Assembly: GCA_037441705.1 (NCBI GenBank)
Contig: JBBIRR010000002.1
Location: 60,426 to 124,425 of the forward strand
Direction of reading: 5' to 3'
Source: Ignavibacteriales bacterium
Lineage (GTDB): Bacteria; Bacteroidota; Ignavibacteria; UBA10030; UBA6906
Length of the DNA: 64,000 nucleotides
Positions 7,596 to 16,612 of the stretch are shown piece after piece. Under the pieces are notes generated by a model. That model saw only the letters and a list, made by a program, of their open reading frames with translations. It was not told the origin of the DNA and ran no database searches. Position numbers and translations under genes: made by a program. The first letter of the stretch is position 1; each line of letters begins with the position of its first letter.

Positions 7596-8900
7596 TCAAT
7601 AAAGAATGTTGTACAGGTATCCTGCAATTACGCAGCCGACGAAACTGACGGCCACGTACAGCACGAGGACTCGCGGCTTGAAGACGCCCGAAAGCATCGC
7701 GATGGAAGGCAGCGAAAGTCCCGGCCCGCCGAGCAAATATGCAAGCGTCGCTCCGCCTCCCATGCCTTTCGACATCAGCGCGACGGCAGTGGGTACTTCG
7801 ACATACGTGCACACGTAGGCCAGCACGGCAACCACAGAAGCGATGAAGACGGAATTCAGACTTTCACCGCCCACAAAACTGACGATCAGCGACGTTGGGA
7901 TGAGCACCTTGATCGCTCCGGCAATCACGACTGCAAGCACAAGATAGTAGTTGAGCTGAAGGAAGAAATCATACGCGGTCCGGATTGTTTCGCGAATCTT
8001 CTGTCCGAAGGTTCTTTGCACATCGCCTACCGGCAGGACAAAGCATGCGTTCTGGGGAGCCGACGCATCGGCAACCACAAGCTTCCATCGACCGATTTCG
8101 TCGCGTTCAACCAGACCTGCTTCTTCGAGCTGGGCGAGTTTCGCTTGCTTATCAACGCCAATCTCTTCGATGCTCAGGCCATCGGGATTCTTCAACAGCT
8201 TCGTGCCAATCTGGAACGCAAACTTCTGCAACTCAGGAGACAGCTTCGGGGCAACAGCCATCTTCAAGAATGTGCGAAGGTGTTTATGTTTTCGCTGCCA
8301 GAATGAAAGCACCTGTCCGACACCCAGGGCTATTCCGAAGGTGGCTACAATGCGCCCGACCGCCATCCCCCAGCCGAGTACACCGGCAGTCATGAAAATG
8401 GTTGGGATGTTCAACATCGGTGCAGCGATGAGAAAGGCCATTGTTGGCCCGAGCGGTATGCCCGATTGCACCATGCCAGCCAGAACAGGCACGATGCCGC
8501 ACGAGCATATGGGAATGACGGCGCCGGCTGTCGTGGCCATCATGTTGGCTTTGAAGCCACCGTAGCCCATTTTCTGTTTCACTCGTTCCCACGAGACAAA
8601 TACAACAAGCGCGCCTGCAATCAGCATTCCCACAATCCAGTACTGGAACAACTCAACGAGCACCGCTGCACCTTTGATGAAAACAAACCACGCGACCTGA
8701 GGGATATTCCACGACAGCGGCGTGTCAATTTCGACGATGCGCGCTGCTTCACCGCTGATGCCCTGCGGCTGAAGAAGTCCATAGAAGAACAGCGCTTCAA
8801 AAGAGAGATCATTCATGTACACGTAGGTTACCCCGATTCCGTAGAACAGAGCAACGATGAGAAGGTAGAAGAGTTCTTTCCGATTTGGTTTTCTGAACAT
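7596..8900 (-). CDS. ArsP/DUF318-family permease
   Basis: PICSCGIVP, AFLIAAP, YVCTYVEVP and GPGLSLPS motifs; multiple TM segments. Confidence 0.85.
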   Translation of the reverse strand: MFRKPNRKELFYLLIVALFYGIGVTYVYMNDLSFEALFFYGLLQPQGISGEAARIVEIDTPLSWNIPQVAWFVFIKGAAVLVELFQYWIVGMLIAGALVVFVSWERVKQKMGYGGFKANMMATTAGAVIPICSCGIVPVLAGMVQSGIPLGPTMAFLIAAPMLNIPTIFMTAGVLGWGMAVGRIVATFGIALGVGQVLSFWQRKHKHLRTFLKMAVAPKLSPELQKFAFQIGTKLLKNPDGLSIEEIGVDKQAKLAQLEEAGLVERDEIGRWKLVVADASAPQNACFVLPVGDVQRTFGQKIRETIRTAYDFFLQLNYYLVLAVVIAGAIKVLIPTSLIVSFVGGESLNSVFIASVVAVLAYVCTYVEVPTAVALMSKGMGGGATLAYLLGGPGLSLPSIAMLSGVFKPRVLVLYVAVSFVGCVIAGYLYNILY

Positions 8901-8911
8901 AGGCGGCTCAG

Positions 8912-9166
8912 CTATTTCTGGGATAGTCGTACACTGTCGTGTTCACGTTGAATCAATTCAGAGGCAAGTTTGGAGATATCGTCTATGGGTCGCTGCTTCA
9001 CCATCTTCGCAAGCTCGATTGCCTCGGTAATCTCCTCGAGAGTGCAGCCAGCTTTGAGTGCTGCTGCGAAATGGTATCGGAGGCAGGGCATGCAATTGCC
9101 GGCAATGGATGCGCCGACGGCGATAAGCTCCCGCGTTCGTGGGTCTATTGTTCTCTCGTTCGTCAT
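8912..9166 (-). CDS. Carboxymuconolactone decarboxylase (AhpD-like) family protein
   Basis: RELIAVGASIAGNCMPCLRYH...G.T.EEI.EA. Confidence 0.85.
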   Translation of the reverse strand: MTNERTIDPRTRELIAVGASIAGNCMPCLRYHFAAALKAGCTLEEITEAIELAKMVKQRPIDDISKLASELIQREHDSVRLSQK

Positions 9167-9570
9167 GACGTCGCTGCTGTTTTCTCTTTGATGAGTTTGA
9201 GCAATTCCCGCTCCGAGACGAAGCCGACAACACACTTCCCATCTTCGCGCAAGAGCAGCCGAGCTTCAAGATTGCGCTTGTCGGCTTTGAATATCTCGGC
9301 AGTCAAGAAGGTCTTGAGAAAATTGAAGAGCGCAACGTTCTTCGGCTCATCGCGTTTGAGGTGATAGTACCCCCACAGACCCTCTTTTTCTACGTCAACA
9401 AGTCCCGCGTGCCTGAGCACCGTGAGATGCTTGGAGACATTGTATTGAGGAACCTTGAGTGCATCCACAATCTCGCAGACGCAAAGGGGTTCCTTTGAAA
9501 CAAGAAACAGATTGAGGACCCGCAACCTTGTCTCGTCGCCGAGAACCTTCAGCGCTTCACTTTCCGTCAT
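9163..9570 (-). CDS. ArsR/SmtB family transcriptional repressor
   Basis: LKVLGDETRLRVL..LCVCEI..PQYNVSKHL..LR.AGLV...KEG.W.YY.L. Confidence 0.92.
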   Translation of the reverse strand: MTESEALKVLGDETRLRVLNLFLVSKEPLCVCEIVDALKVPQYNVSKHLTVLRHAGLVDVEKEGLWGYYHLKRDEPKNVALFNFLKTFLTAEIFKADKRNLEARLLLREDGKCVVGFVSERELLKLIKEKTAATS

Positions 9571-9600
9571 CTTTTCTTAGGTTTCCTCACCGTATGCTTA

Positions 9601-9648
9601 TATGCCCTTGTACGCATATATTCTACGGAAAATTCAATATCCGGTCAA
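9601..9648 (-). promoter_or_regulatory. sigma70 promoter plus putative ArsR operator
   Basis: Minus strand reads TTGACC-17 nt-TAGAAT, directly followed by the imperfect palindrome TATGCGTACAAGGGCATA (9601-9618). Confidence 0.65.
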
Positions 9649-9686
9649 GCGAAATCTTCACTCCGTATGTGAGCGCTCAGCTTTGT

Positions 9687-10442
9687 TTAGTGCGCGAGCA
9701 ACACGACAACGCGGTACGCTGCCAATCCGACGAGAACGAGGGCGAACATACGGGCAAGCGTTCTCGATTTGACGTTCTTTGCCATGAATGCTGCGCCAAG
9801 CTGCGCAGCCACGAGAGACAGTATCGCGCTGATTCCCACCAACCACCAATCTACTTGGGCGGACGGCAAGTGCGCTCCGAGGGCGGAGAACGACGGTAGA
9901 GTAACGATCAACGCGTTTGTGGCTGCTGCTATGCGCGCGGTGTAGCCCAACAGCACCAGTGTTGGCAGCATCAAAAATCCGGGTCCCACTCCCAAGAATC
10001 CCGCCAGTGTTCCGATGAATACTCCGAGACTGCCTGCAATCACCCGCTTCTTCGTTGGAAGATCGACAACGTCGGTGTCGCTCTGCACCGGAGGGAATGC
10101 CATGCGATAGGCAAGGAACACGAGCAGAACGACAAATATCCACCAGACGAGTTCTGTGCTTGCGAACTGCAGTAAGTGCACACCGAGTGGCGCAGCAGCA
10201 GTTGTGATCAGCAAAACCGGTATTGCAGTCTTGTAGTCGACCATCTTCTTCTGCATGAACTTCACAGCCGCGGCAATTGCCGTCAGCCCGTTCAACAGGA
10301 GCGCCCAAGGCATGATGACATGTTTCAGCTCATATCCGAAGAGCCCGAGAGCAGGAATGGCGACGAATGCGACTCCCAGGCCGAGCATGCCGGAGAGAAA
10401 CGAGAGAAGGACGAGAAGCAGAATGACGACGACCTCGGTCAT
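9687..10442 (-). CDS. TauE/SafE (sulfite exporter) family membrane protein
   Basis: Repeated SGMLGLG / AGFLGVGPG motifs, about 8 TM segments. Confidence 0.85.
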   Translation of the reverse strand: MTEVVVILLLVLLSFLSGMLGLGVAFVAIPALGLFGYELKHVIMPWALLLNGLTAIAAAVKFMQKKMVDYKTAIPVLLITTAAAPLGVHLLQFASTELVWWIFVVLLVFLAYRMAFPPVQSDTDVVDLPTKKRVIAGSLGVFIGTLAGFLGVGPGFLMLPTLVLLGYTARIAAATNALIVTLPSFSALGAHLPSAQVDWWLVGISAILSLVAAQLGAAFMAKNVKSRTLARMFALVLVGLAAYRVVVLLAH

Positions 10443-10460
10443 TGATTATCTTCCTCTCCG

Positions 10461-11159
10461 TCAAAATGAAATGTAGATGAAGTAGAATCCGCCGAAGAGA
10501 ACGAAGACGCCGGCAAGTCGACGAAGCCACGTTGCTCCGGCCGACCGGCTCGTCCATTTCAAGTATCGCTGGACCAGGTGCGTAAGCGAGCCTGCAGCCG
10601 CGATAACGGCACAGTGCCCGAGTCCGAACGCGGCGATGAGCAACGCACCACCGATGAAGCTGGTTGTCGAAATGCTGAAGACCACGCCGAGCACGGGGGC
10701 AAGATATGCAAACGTGCATGGGCCAAGTCCGACGCCGAACAGCAACCCCAACGACAACGCCCCAATCCATCCCTGCCGTCTCAGCGATGCGGCACCAAAT
10801 CCTCCCCATGAAAGTTTCACGATGTCAAGCAGATAAAGTCCGATCACCAGAAACACCGCTGCAACGGCGAGGTTGCCCCACGTACCGACATCGCCCATCA
10901 TCCGTCCGAAGCTTGCGGTGATGAGTCCTATGAGCGCAATGGTAATGAGAATGCCGAGGGCGAAGAGGAGGGAGAGTCCGGCCGACCGCCGCGCTGTCGT
11001 TACTCCTTGAGCGCTGATGTAGCCGACGATGAGCGGAATGCTGCTGAGGTGGCACGGACTGAGCACGATGCTCAGGACGCCCCACATAAAGGCAGCGGCG
11101 AGAGCTATCCCGAACCGGTCGGTCATTGCCATCGTCAGGGCATTAAAGATCTCCTCCAT
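10461..11159 (-). CDS. ccdA: CcdA/DsbD-beta transmembrane electron transporter
   Basis: LSPCHLSSIP and GPCTFAYL motifs, 6 TM segments. Confidence 0.85.
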   Translation of the reverse strand: MEEIFNALTMAMTDRFGIALAAAFMWGVLSIVLSPCHLSSIPLIVGYISAQGVTTARRSAGLSLLFALGILITIALIGLITASFGRMMGDVGTWGNLAVAAVFLVIGLYLLDIVKLSWGGFGAASLRRQGWIGALSLGLLFGVGLGPCTFAYLAPVLGVVFSISTTSFIGGALLIAAFGLGHCAVIAAAGSLTHLVQRYLKWTSRSAGATWLRRLAGVFVLFGGFYFIYISF

Positions 11160-11162
11160 ACG

Positions 11163-11567
11163 CTACCGTCCCTTCCGGATTTTCAGCCCCCGGCTCTGAA
11201 GCAACTTGTCGATCTCCGGTTCCGGGAAGTAGCCTTCGTGCCGAAAGAACTCTCTGCCGTTCTTGTCGAGAAAGACCTGCGTTGGTATCAGGCGGATTGC
11301 GAATTGCTCGGCGTACGGCTGCCCCTGGACTGTCCAGACATCGTGAAAGACAATCTTCACCTGATCACCATACTTTTCCTCGATCGCCTTCATCACTGGC
11401 TGCATCATTTTGCAGGGAATGCAGCGAACAGAACCAAGCTCGATGAAAGTAACGAGCGGTTGGGCAGCGTCCGATGACTTCTTCGTCTGAGCGGACGGTT
11501 CTTGCACCGCTTCTGTCAACGTGAGGATAATTGCCCCGATTCGTAGAAGATCGCGCAGTCGTATCAT
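11163..11567 (-). CDS. Exported thioredoxin family protein
   Basis: ELGSVRCIPCKMM, IPTQVFLD.NG.E..RHEG; signal-like N-terminus. Confidence 0.85.
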   Translation of the reverse strand: MIRLRDLLRIGAIILTLTEAVQEPSAQTKKSSDAAQPLVTFIELGSVRCIPCKMMQPVMKAIEEKYGDQVKIVFHDVWTVQGQPYAEQFAIRLIPTQVFLDKNGREFFRHEGYFPEPEIDKLLQSRGLKIRKGR

Positions 11568-11724
11568 GACGAATTTCCTTCGTGCAACTTGTGAGTGCAT
11601 TCGTGTTCTCGACCCCGGAATCAAAGAGAGCACGAACGTTACAGCAAGGACCGGGCACGCCCGACAGCAAGAACAACGTCGGGAGATGAATGACAGCTCT
11701 CGTGCCCTGGAGTTCTCCTCGACT

Positions 11725-11973
11725 TTAGTTTTTCACGCCGCTATGTGCCAACCATTGCTGCACTTCTTCGCTCTTCGGAATCCGTCCGGAACATTTCACC
11801 TCGCCGTCAATAGCAACAGCGGGCGTGAACAGGATGCCGCGGGCAGCGTACTGTCGGATATCCTCTACCTTGATGATCTCTGCTTCTATTCCTGCGGCCG
11901 AGAGAGCTTCACGTACGATTCTCTCTGTTTGTTTGCATCGGGCACATCCGGGTCCAAAGATTTCGATTTTCAT
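11725..11973 (-). CDS. Small redox-active disulfide protein (MTH895/Thioredoxin_3-like)
   Basis: MKIEIFGPGCARC...TPAVAIDG.V..SGRIP. Confidence 0.9.
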   Translation of the reverse strand: MKIEIFGPGCARCKQTERIVREALSAAGIEAEIIKVEDIRQYAARGILFTPAVAIDGEVKCSGRIPKSEEVQQWLAHSGVKN

Positions 11974-12014
11974 GTTGAATTCTCCTTAAGAAAAGACATG
12001 CTACGAAGTACTAC

Positions 12015-13067
12015 TTAGAAAATGAACGTTCCGGCAAACCAGCCAACGACCGTGCCGAGAACGATGATTGTGACAACGTACAACACCGCTTTTTTCACGC
12101 CGAACACACGCGCAATCGCCAGCCAGTTCGGAAGACTGAGTCCGGGTCCCGTCAGCAACAGCGCCAGAGCCGGCCCTTTACCCATTCCCATTTTCATCAG
12201 CGTGTCAACGAACGGCGCTTCGGTCATCGTGGCAAAGTAGCTGATTGAACCGATGAGCGTCGCCAGGAACGATGCGAGCATGCCCGAGCCGCCGAGATAA
12301 TTCTCGACCCACGCCTGAGGAAGAATCGCACCAATCACTCCAACGACGAACACGCCGGCAAGAAGCAGGGGAAAGATGATGCGCACGAACCACCAGGTCT
12401 CCTTCATCCAGTCGAGGAGCTGGTCCTTTGTCTTTACCTTCAATGCATAGGCCACCACGATTCCCGTTGCGATGATCCACACGAGCACTTTTTGCCAGAA
12501 GGGGCCGGATTGAATCAGGTAATTCGGGGCGAGCAGGGAGACGACAAGGAGCAGAATCAGCACAACGTCCTGCCGGGAGATGACGTTCGTCGCCACGCTT
12601 TCGTTGTTCACTGCTGCTCGTTCAACCTCTTCCTTCCTGAAAGCGGCAGCCATGATCGTGCCGACTGCCATCGCCATCACAAGTGCGGATGCGACTCTAA
12701 CCGCGACCATCTCTCCTCCTAAGATCGCGCCGGTGTACGTCAGCGCGAGGATGTTGGCGGCAGGTGCAACCCACAAGAGAATGAAGGCCGGCCCGATTCC
12801 ACTGCCTCGATAGTACAATCCGCTTGCTACCGGAATGACCGTGCATGAGCACGCTGCGAGAAAGAAACTGCCGAATGCGGCAGTCACGAACGACTGGAGT
12901 TTCTTCACGGCGTGGCCAAGGTACTTCATGATCGCCTCCTTGGAGATGAAGCTCACCATCGCACCGGCGAGCAAGAAGGCCGGGACAAGACAGGTGAGAA
13001 CATGCAATGCGATATAGTCCCACAGCGAAGCGAATCCAGCCAGTATGAGTTTTTCAACGAGTTCCAT
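12015..13067 (-). CDS. ArsP/DUF318-family permease
   Basis: HVLTCLVPAF, AACSCTVIP, YFATMTEAP and GPGLSLP motifs. Confidence 0.88.
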   Translation of the reverse strand: MELVEKLILAGFASLWDYIALHVLTCLVPAFLLAGAMVSFISKEAIMKYLGHAVKKLQSFVTAAFGSFFLAACSCTVIPVASGLYYRGSGIGPAFILLWVAPAANILALTYTGAILGGEMVAVRVASALVMAMAVGTIMAAAFRKEEVERAAVNNESVATNVISRQDVVLILLLVVSLLAPNYLIQSGPFWQKVLVWIIATGIVVAYALKVKTKDQLLDWMKETWWFVRIIFPLLLAGVFVVGVIGAILPQAWVENYLGGSGMLASFLATLIGSISYFATMTEAPFVDTLMKMGMGKGPALALLLTGPGLSLPNWLAIARVFGVKKAVLYVVTIIVLGTVVGWFAGTFIF

Positions 13068-13130
13068 GTTGTCTTTCCTTTTTAGATTTGTGTCTGCTGA
13101 GCTATTCGTCAGCGGAGCTTCGCCGTTCAC

Positions 13131-13448
13131 TTATGCGTTTTCAAGTGCCTCGGCTTGAGTTTCAACGGTTCGTCTGGCGATGGCAGCAGCGAGGTCGAGA
13201 ATCTTGAAGACGCGTTGATCCGCTACCTTGAAGTTCACCCGCAATCCGTCTTTCCACGATGTGAGAATGCCGGCCTGGACGAGGACCTTGAGATGGCGAG
13301 AGAGATTCGATTGCTCGAGGTCAAGCTCCGGTGCAAGCTCACAGTTGCACGACGCGCCTTTCTGCAAAAGTTCGAGGATGCGTATCCTGTTCGGATGCGC
13401 AAGCGCGGAAAGAACGTCGGCCTGGAGTTCGTTTCGTGACTTATTCAT
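13131..13448 (-). CDS. ArsR/SmtB family transcriptional repressor
   Basis: ALAHPNRIRIL..CNCEL...QSNLSRHL. Confidence 0.92.
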   Translation of the reverse strand: MNKSRNELQADVLSALAHPNRIRILELLQKGASCNCELAPELDLEQSNLSRHLKVLVQAGILTSWKDGLRVNFKVADQRVFKILDLAAAIARRTVETQAEALENA

Positions 13449-13476
13449 CCTTGTATCTCCGTTGTAGGTTTGACTG

Positions 13477-13494
13477 TATGAGCATGGACGCATA
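13477..13494 (-). promoter_or_regulatory. Putative ArsR operator (second copy)
   Basis: TATGCGTCCATGCTCATA on the minus strand; same length and TATGCGT..CATA pattern as the 9601-9618 site. Confidence 0.55.
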
Positions 13495-13697
13495 AAGTGC
13501 GCCAGAAGGAATTTTGGTATTTTTGCTATGAATCCTGCGAAAACGAGAGAGCTTCTTCTCAAATATGGGAGGATTCGGTCTGGCCGATTTCTAAAAGTAG
13601 GAACAAGGCAGACGGAACGCGCTGATGGGTACGTGATAGAAGGAGGGCTCAGAGTGCAAAGCATATCGCTTGATTTTTCAAGTCAAGCGCCGATCGG

Positions 13698-14288
13698 TCA
13701 ACCCCCGTCGCGCTTGAGTTGGCTCCAAACTTCTGCCAGTTCTTGTGGTGTGTTGATATTAAGAAGATTGCGGCGGAACGTAGAAAAGTCCAACACCCGA
13801 ACGTTCATGCCTTCCAGAAAACCGAACATCGCTCTCTGGCCCGACTGTAGCGCGTGCTCGACATGTTGTTGCAGCGATCGAGGGTAAATGCCGAACAACG
13901 GATGTGTGCGCGTGCCGTCGGAGACGAGAGTGATCGCGCCTTCCTCCGATTGTTCTGTCAACAATGAGATCATTTCGCTCGTGATGAAAGGAAGATCGCA
14001 CGAGGTGACAAGGACGTGGCTGGTAGGAGCATGAACTAACGCCGAGTGAAGTCCTCCGAGTGGCCCGCATTGTGGATAGATGTCCGGGAAGATTGGTAGG
14101 TGGAGGAATGCATAGAACTCCGCTTGATCGGCGATGATGATGAGATGATCGAGGACGGTTTGTGCAGCGGCGGCGATCCGTTCGATGAACGTCATGTCGC
14201 CGAGCTTGATGAGGGCTTTGTTCGTTCCCATGCGTTTGCTGACGCCGCCCGCAAGAATAGCAGCGGTGATGTTCGCTGTGGGAATCAT
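13698..14288 (-). CDS. mobA: Molybdenum cofactor guanylyltransferase
   Basis: ILAGGVSKRMGTNKA, GPLGGL, CDLPF, NINTP. Confidence 0.92.
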   Translation of the reverse strand: MIPTANITAAILAGGVSKRMGTNKALIKLGDMTFIERIAAAAQTVLDHLIIIADQAEFYAFLHLPIFPDIYPQCGPLGGLHSALVHAPTSHVLVTSCDLPFITSEMISLLTEQSEEGAITLVSDGTRTHPLFGIYPRSLQQHVEHALQSGQRAMFGFLEGMNVRVLDFSTFRRNLLNINTPQELAEVWSQLKRDGG

Positions 14289-14293
14289 CGCGC

Positions 14294-15049
14294 TTACCCC
14301 AGTAACAGCGGAAGCAAGAGTTTGCCGCCTGCAATCAGCAGAACAATGCCGAGAAGAACCTGCAGCACGCGCGGCCGCGCGCGGCGCGCTCCAACGAATG
14401 AGCCGAGCAGCCCTCCGCAAAGCGCAACAGCACCAAGAGTCGCCAACGGCGCGAGCGTAACGTTGTCACGCATGACATGTCCAGCCAGACCGCCGAGGGA
14501 GTTCAACACGATGAAGGCACTGGAGACTGCGGCGGTTTTTCTGGCGTCAGCCCATCGCAGAAACAGCAGAATGGGACTGAGAAATATACCGCCGCCAACG
14601 CCGACCATACCCGAAAGCAATCCGAGCACTGCGCCGATGAAAAAGCGCAGCAACCAATATCTCTGCCTGTTCTCGTTCGCGTCTGCAGCCTTCACTTCCT
14701 TCAAGAAGAGCATTCGGAGGGATGCAGCGAGAAGGGCTGAACCGAGCATTGCCGTGAATGCTGCCGTAGGCAGATGAATCAATCCGCCAATGTACGCCGC
14801 AGGAACGGAACCGATGATGAACGGCAGAAGCAAGTGCGGCGAAAAGTGTCCGGCCCGCCAATAATTGATGAAGCCGATGCCTGCGACTGCAACATTGAGG
14901 ACGAGTGCCACGGGCACGATGGCAGCCGTTGTTGCGCCGAGCAAGGCAAACAGTGCGAGATATCCCGACGCTCCGCCGTGCCCGACACTTGAATACAGGA
15001 AAGCGACGGCGAAAAACAATGGGAACATCCACCATGCAAGTTCAGGCAC
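14294..15049 (-). CDS. TauE/SafE family membrane protein
   Basis: YSSVGHGGASGY and SGMVGVGGGIFLSP. Confidence 0.88.
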   Translation of the reverse strand: MPELAWWMFPLFFAVAFLYSSVGHGGASGYLALFALLGATTAAIVPVALVLNVAVAGIGFINYWRAGHFSPHLLLPFIIGSVPAAYIGGLIHLPTAAFTAMLGSALLAASLRMLFLKEVKAADANENRQRYWLLRFFIGAVLGLLSGMVGVGGGIFLSPILLFLRWADARKTAAVSSAFIVLNSLGGLAGHVMRDNVTLAPLATLGAVALCGGLLGSFVGARRARPRVLQVLLGIVLLIAGGKLLLPLLLG

Positions 15050-15073
15050 GCGCCACCTTCACCTAACGCTTGC

Positions 15074-15988
15074 TCATTGCTCGTGACTTCCACTGTGGAT
15101 CATCTTGAAGGCGTGCAGCAATCCCGGGAAGAGAGCGTCGAGTGACTCGGCAACGCCGCGCGTGGAGCCGGGAAGGTTCACGATGAGCGTTTGTCCGCGT
15201 ACGCCGGCCCGCGCGCGAGAGAGCATCGAGTATGGCGTCCGTTCCTGTCCGTATGCACGCACGGCCTCCGCAATGCCGGGTGCTTCGCGTTCGATCACTC
15301 GTTCCATCGCCTCGGGCGTGCGATCGCGCGGTGTGAAGCCGGTACCACCGGTTGTCATCACGAGATCGTACTTGTCCGTGTCGGCGTATTGTGTCAGCAG
15401 GCGGGCGATCTGTTCTGGTTCGTCCGGGATGATGCGATAGTCTTGAACGTTGACACCCTCACGCTTCAGTCGCTCGACGATGAGTTGTCCCGAACGATCG
15501 GCTTTCTTCCCCGCAGCAATGGAGTCCGACATGACCAGCACTGCCGCGCGCAGCGGCTGCCCGAACGAAGTGCGGAAATCCGACTTGCCCCCCGTTTTGC
15601 TCAGCAGGCGGATCTCGCCGATGCTCATGGTGTCATCGAGCATCTTCATCATATCGTAAAGCGTCAGCGCGGCGACGCTTGCGGCGGTCAGCGCTTCCAT
15701 TTCGACGCCCGTCTTGTAGATGGCTTTGACCGTCGTGCGAATGACGATCCAATTCTCTCCCAATTCGTACTCAACGCCCACGTAGTCTATGGGAAGAGGA
15801 TGACAGTACGGGATGATCGTGCTCGTCGCCTTCGCCGCCTGGATAGCAGCAACTTTGGCCACCTCTAACGGATTGCCCTTAGGGACGGTATTTTCGCGAA
15901 TGCGTGCAATCGTCTCGGGACGAACCACGACGCGAGCTTGCGCCGTCGCCGTCCGAAGCGTTTTGATTTTCGCCGAAATATCCAGCAT
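15074..15988 (-). CDS. moaC: Bifunctional MoaC/MoaB(MogA) molybdenum cofactor biosynthesis protein
   Basis: IPYCHPLP and TGVEMEALT (MoaC) plus TTGGTG.TPRD.TPEA and NLPGS (MoaB/MogA). Confidence 0.92.
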   Translation of the reverse strand: MLDISAKIKTLRTATAQARVVVRPETIARIRENTVPKGNPLEVAKVAAIQAAKATSTIIPYCHPLPIDYVGVEYELGENWIVIRTTVKAIYKTGVEMEALTAASVAALTLYDMMKMLDDTMSIGEIRLLSKTGGKSDFRTSFGQPLRAAVLVMSDSIAAGKKADRSGQLIVERLKREGVNVQDYRIIPDEPEQIARLLTQYADTDKYDLVMTTGGTGFTPRDRTPEAMERVIEREAPGIAEAVRAYGQERTPYSMLSRARAGVRGQTLIVNLPGSTRGVAESLDALFPGLLHAFKMIHSGSHEQ

Positions 15989-15995
15989 CGTCAAC

Positions 15996-16331
15996 CTACT
16001 TCTTTTTTCGTACCGTGCGCTTTCCTCCGAGAGTATCTTCAGCCCAGCTCAGTGCGGCCATCATGGAAGGAAGTCCGATGGTGGGAAGGGCAAGCAGTAC
16101 AGCGTGACGGATTTCGTCGGGCGTTGCGCCGACATCGAGCGCCTTACGGACGTGCGAATGCACGGCGCCTTCGAGTCGTGCCCCGGTCGAGATGCCGATC
16201 TTGATCAGCGCCCGCGTCTTTTCATCCAGCGGGCCGGCGCTGTGAACCGCGTTGCCGAGGGCTTCATACGCCGCGGCAGCATTGGGGAAATCGGCCTTAA
16301 ATTTCTGAAAACGTTTGGGCAGCCTGGCCAT
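15996..16331 (-). CDS. Carboxymuconolactone decarboxylase family protein
   Basis: GPLDEKTRALIK..HVRKAL..GAT.DEI.HA...TIGLP. Confidence 0.85.
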   Translation of the reverse strand: MARLPKRFQKFKADFPNAAAAYEALGNAVHSAGPLDEKTRALIKIGISTGARLEGAVHSHVRKALDVGATPDEIRHAVLLALPTIGLPSMMAALSWAEDTLGGKRTVRKKK

Positions 16332-16526
16332 AGAGAAGGTCCTTCTATAGTGAGGAAAATGGACGACGTGTGTTTACGCGCTTCCAATATACGAGATTTG
16401 GGGTGAAGGCGAAAACAGCGACAGGAACGCGAGCGGCCGTGCAGAAACCAGCATTGCTGTGCCGTTGCTTTCCTGTGAGCGCTCGTCACATGCTGTGTCT
16501 ATTGCATGATGGAGGAAAGATTTTTC

Positions 16527-16556
16527 TTGACAACAAAAGATTCTGGGCGTTATTTT
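16527..16556 (+). promoter_or_regulatory. Possible sigma70 promoter for the Rrf2/ACIII cluster
   Basis: TTGACA at 16527 with TTATTT/TATTTT 17-18 nt downstream. Confidence 0.4.
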
Positions 16557-16612
16557 TCGGATAACAAGGTCTTATTCTCTCTTACCGAGGCCGGAGCTTC
16601 TTAGGATCGCAG

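Noticed and set aside
11568-11724. Cys-rich reading (CSCCRACP) between the two thioredoxin genes
   Set aside because: No start codon after the GAGGAG and no recognisable family; treated as intergenic or unidentifiable relic.
6158-13448. Selenoprotein (UGA read-through) candidates in the Cys-rich redox island
   Set aside because: All redox motifs are Cys-encoded (CIPC, CARC, CMPC, CSC). The TGA after FmdB CC is followed by no recognisable domain, and the YlbF genes end in TAA.
6034-13697. Integrative element at tRNA-Glu
   Set aside because: No integrase or transposase, and no duplicated tRNA 3' end found by eye.
16332-16612. Moco riboswitch upstream of CMD-moaCB
   Set aside because: I could not find the conserved Moco RNA elements; only promoter-like sequences are visible.
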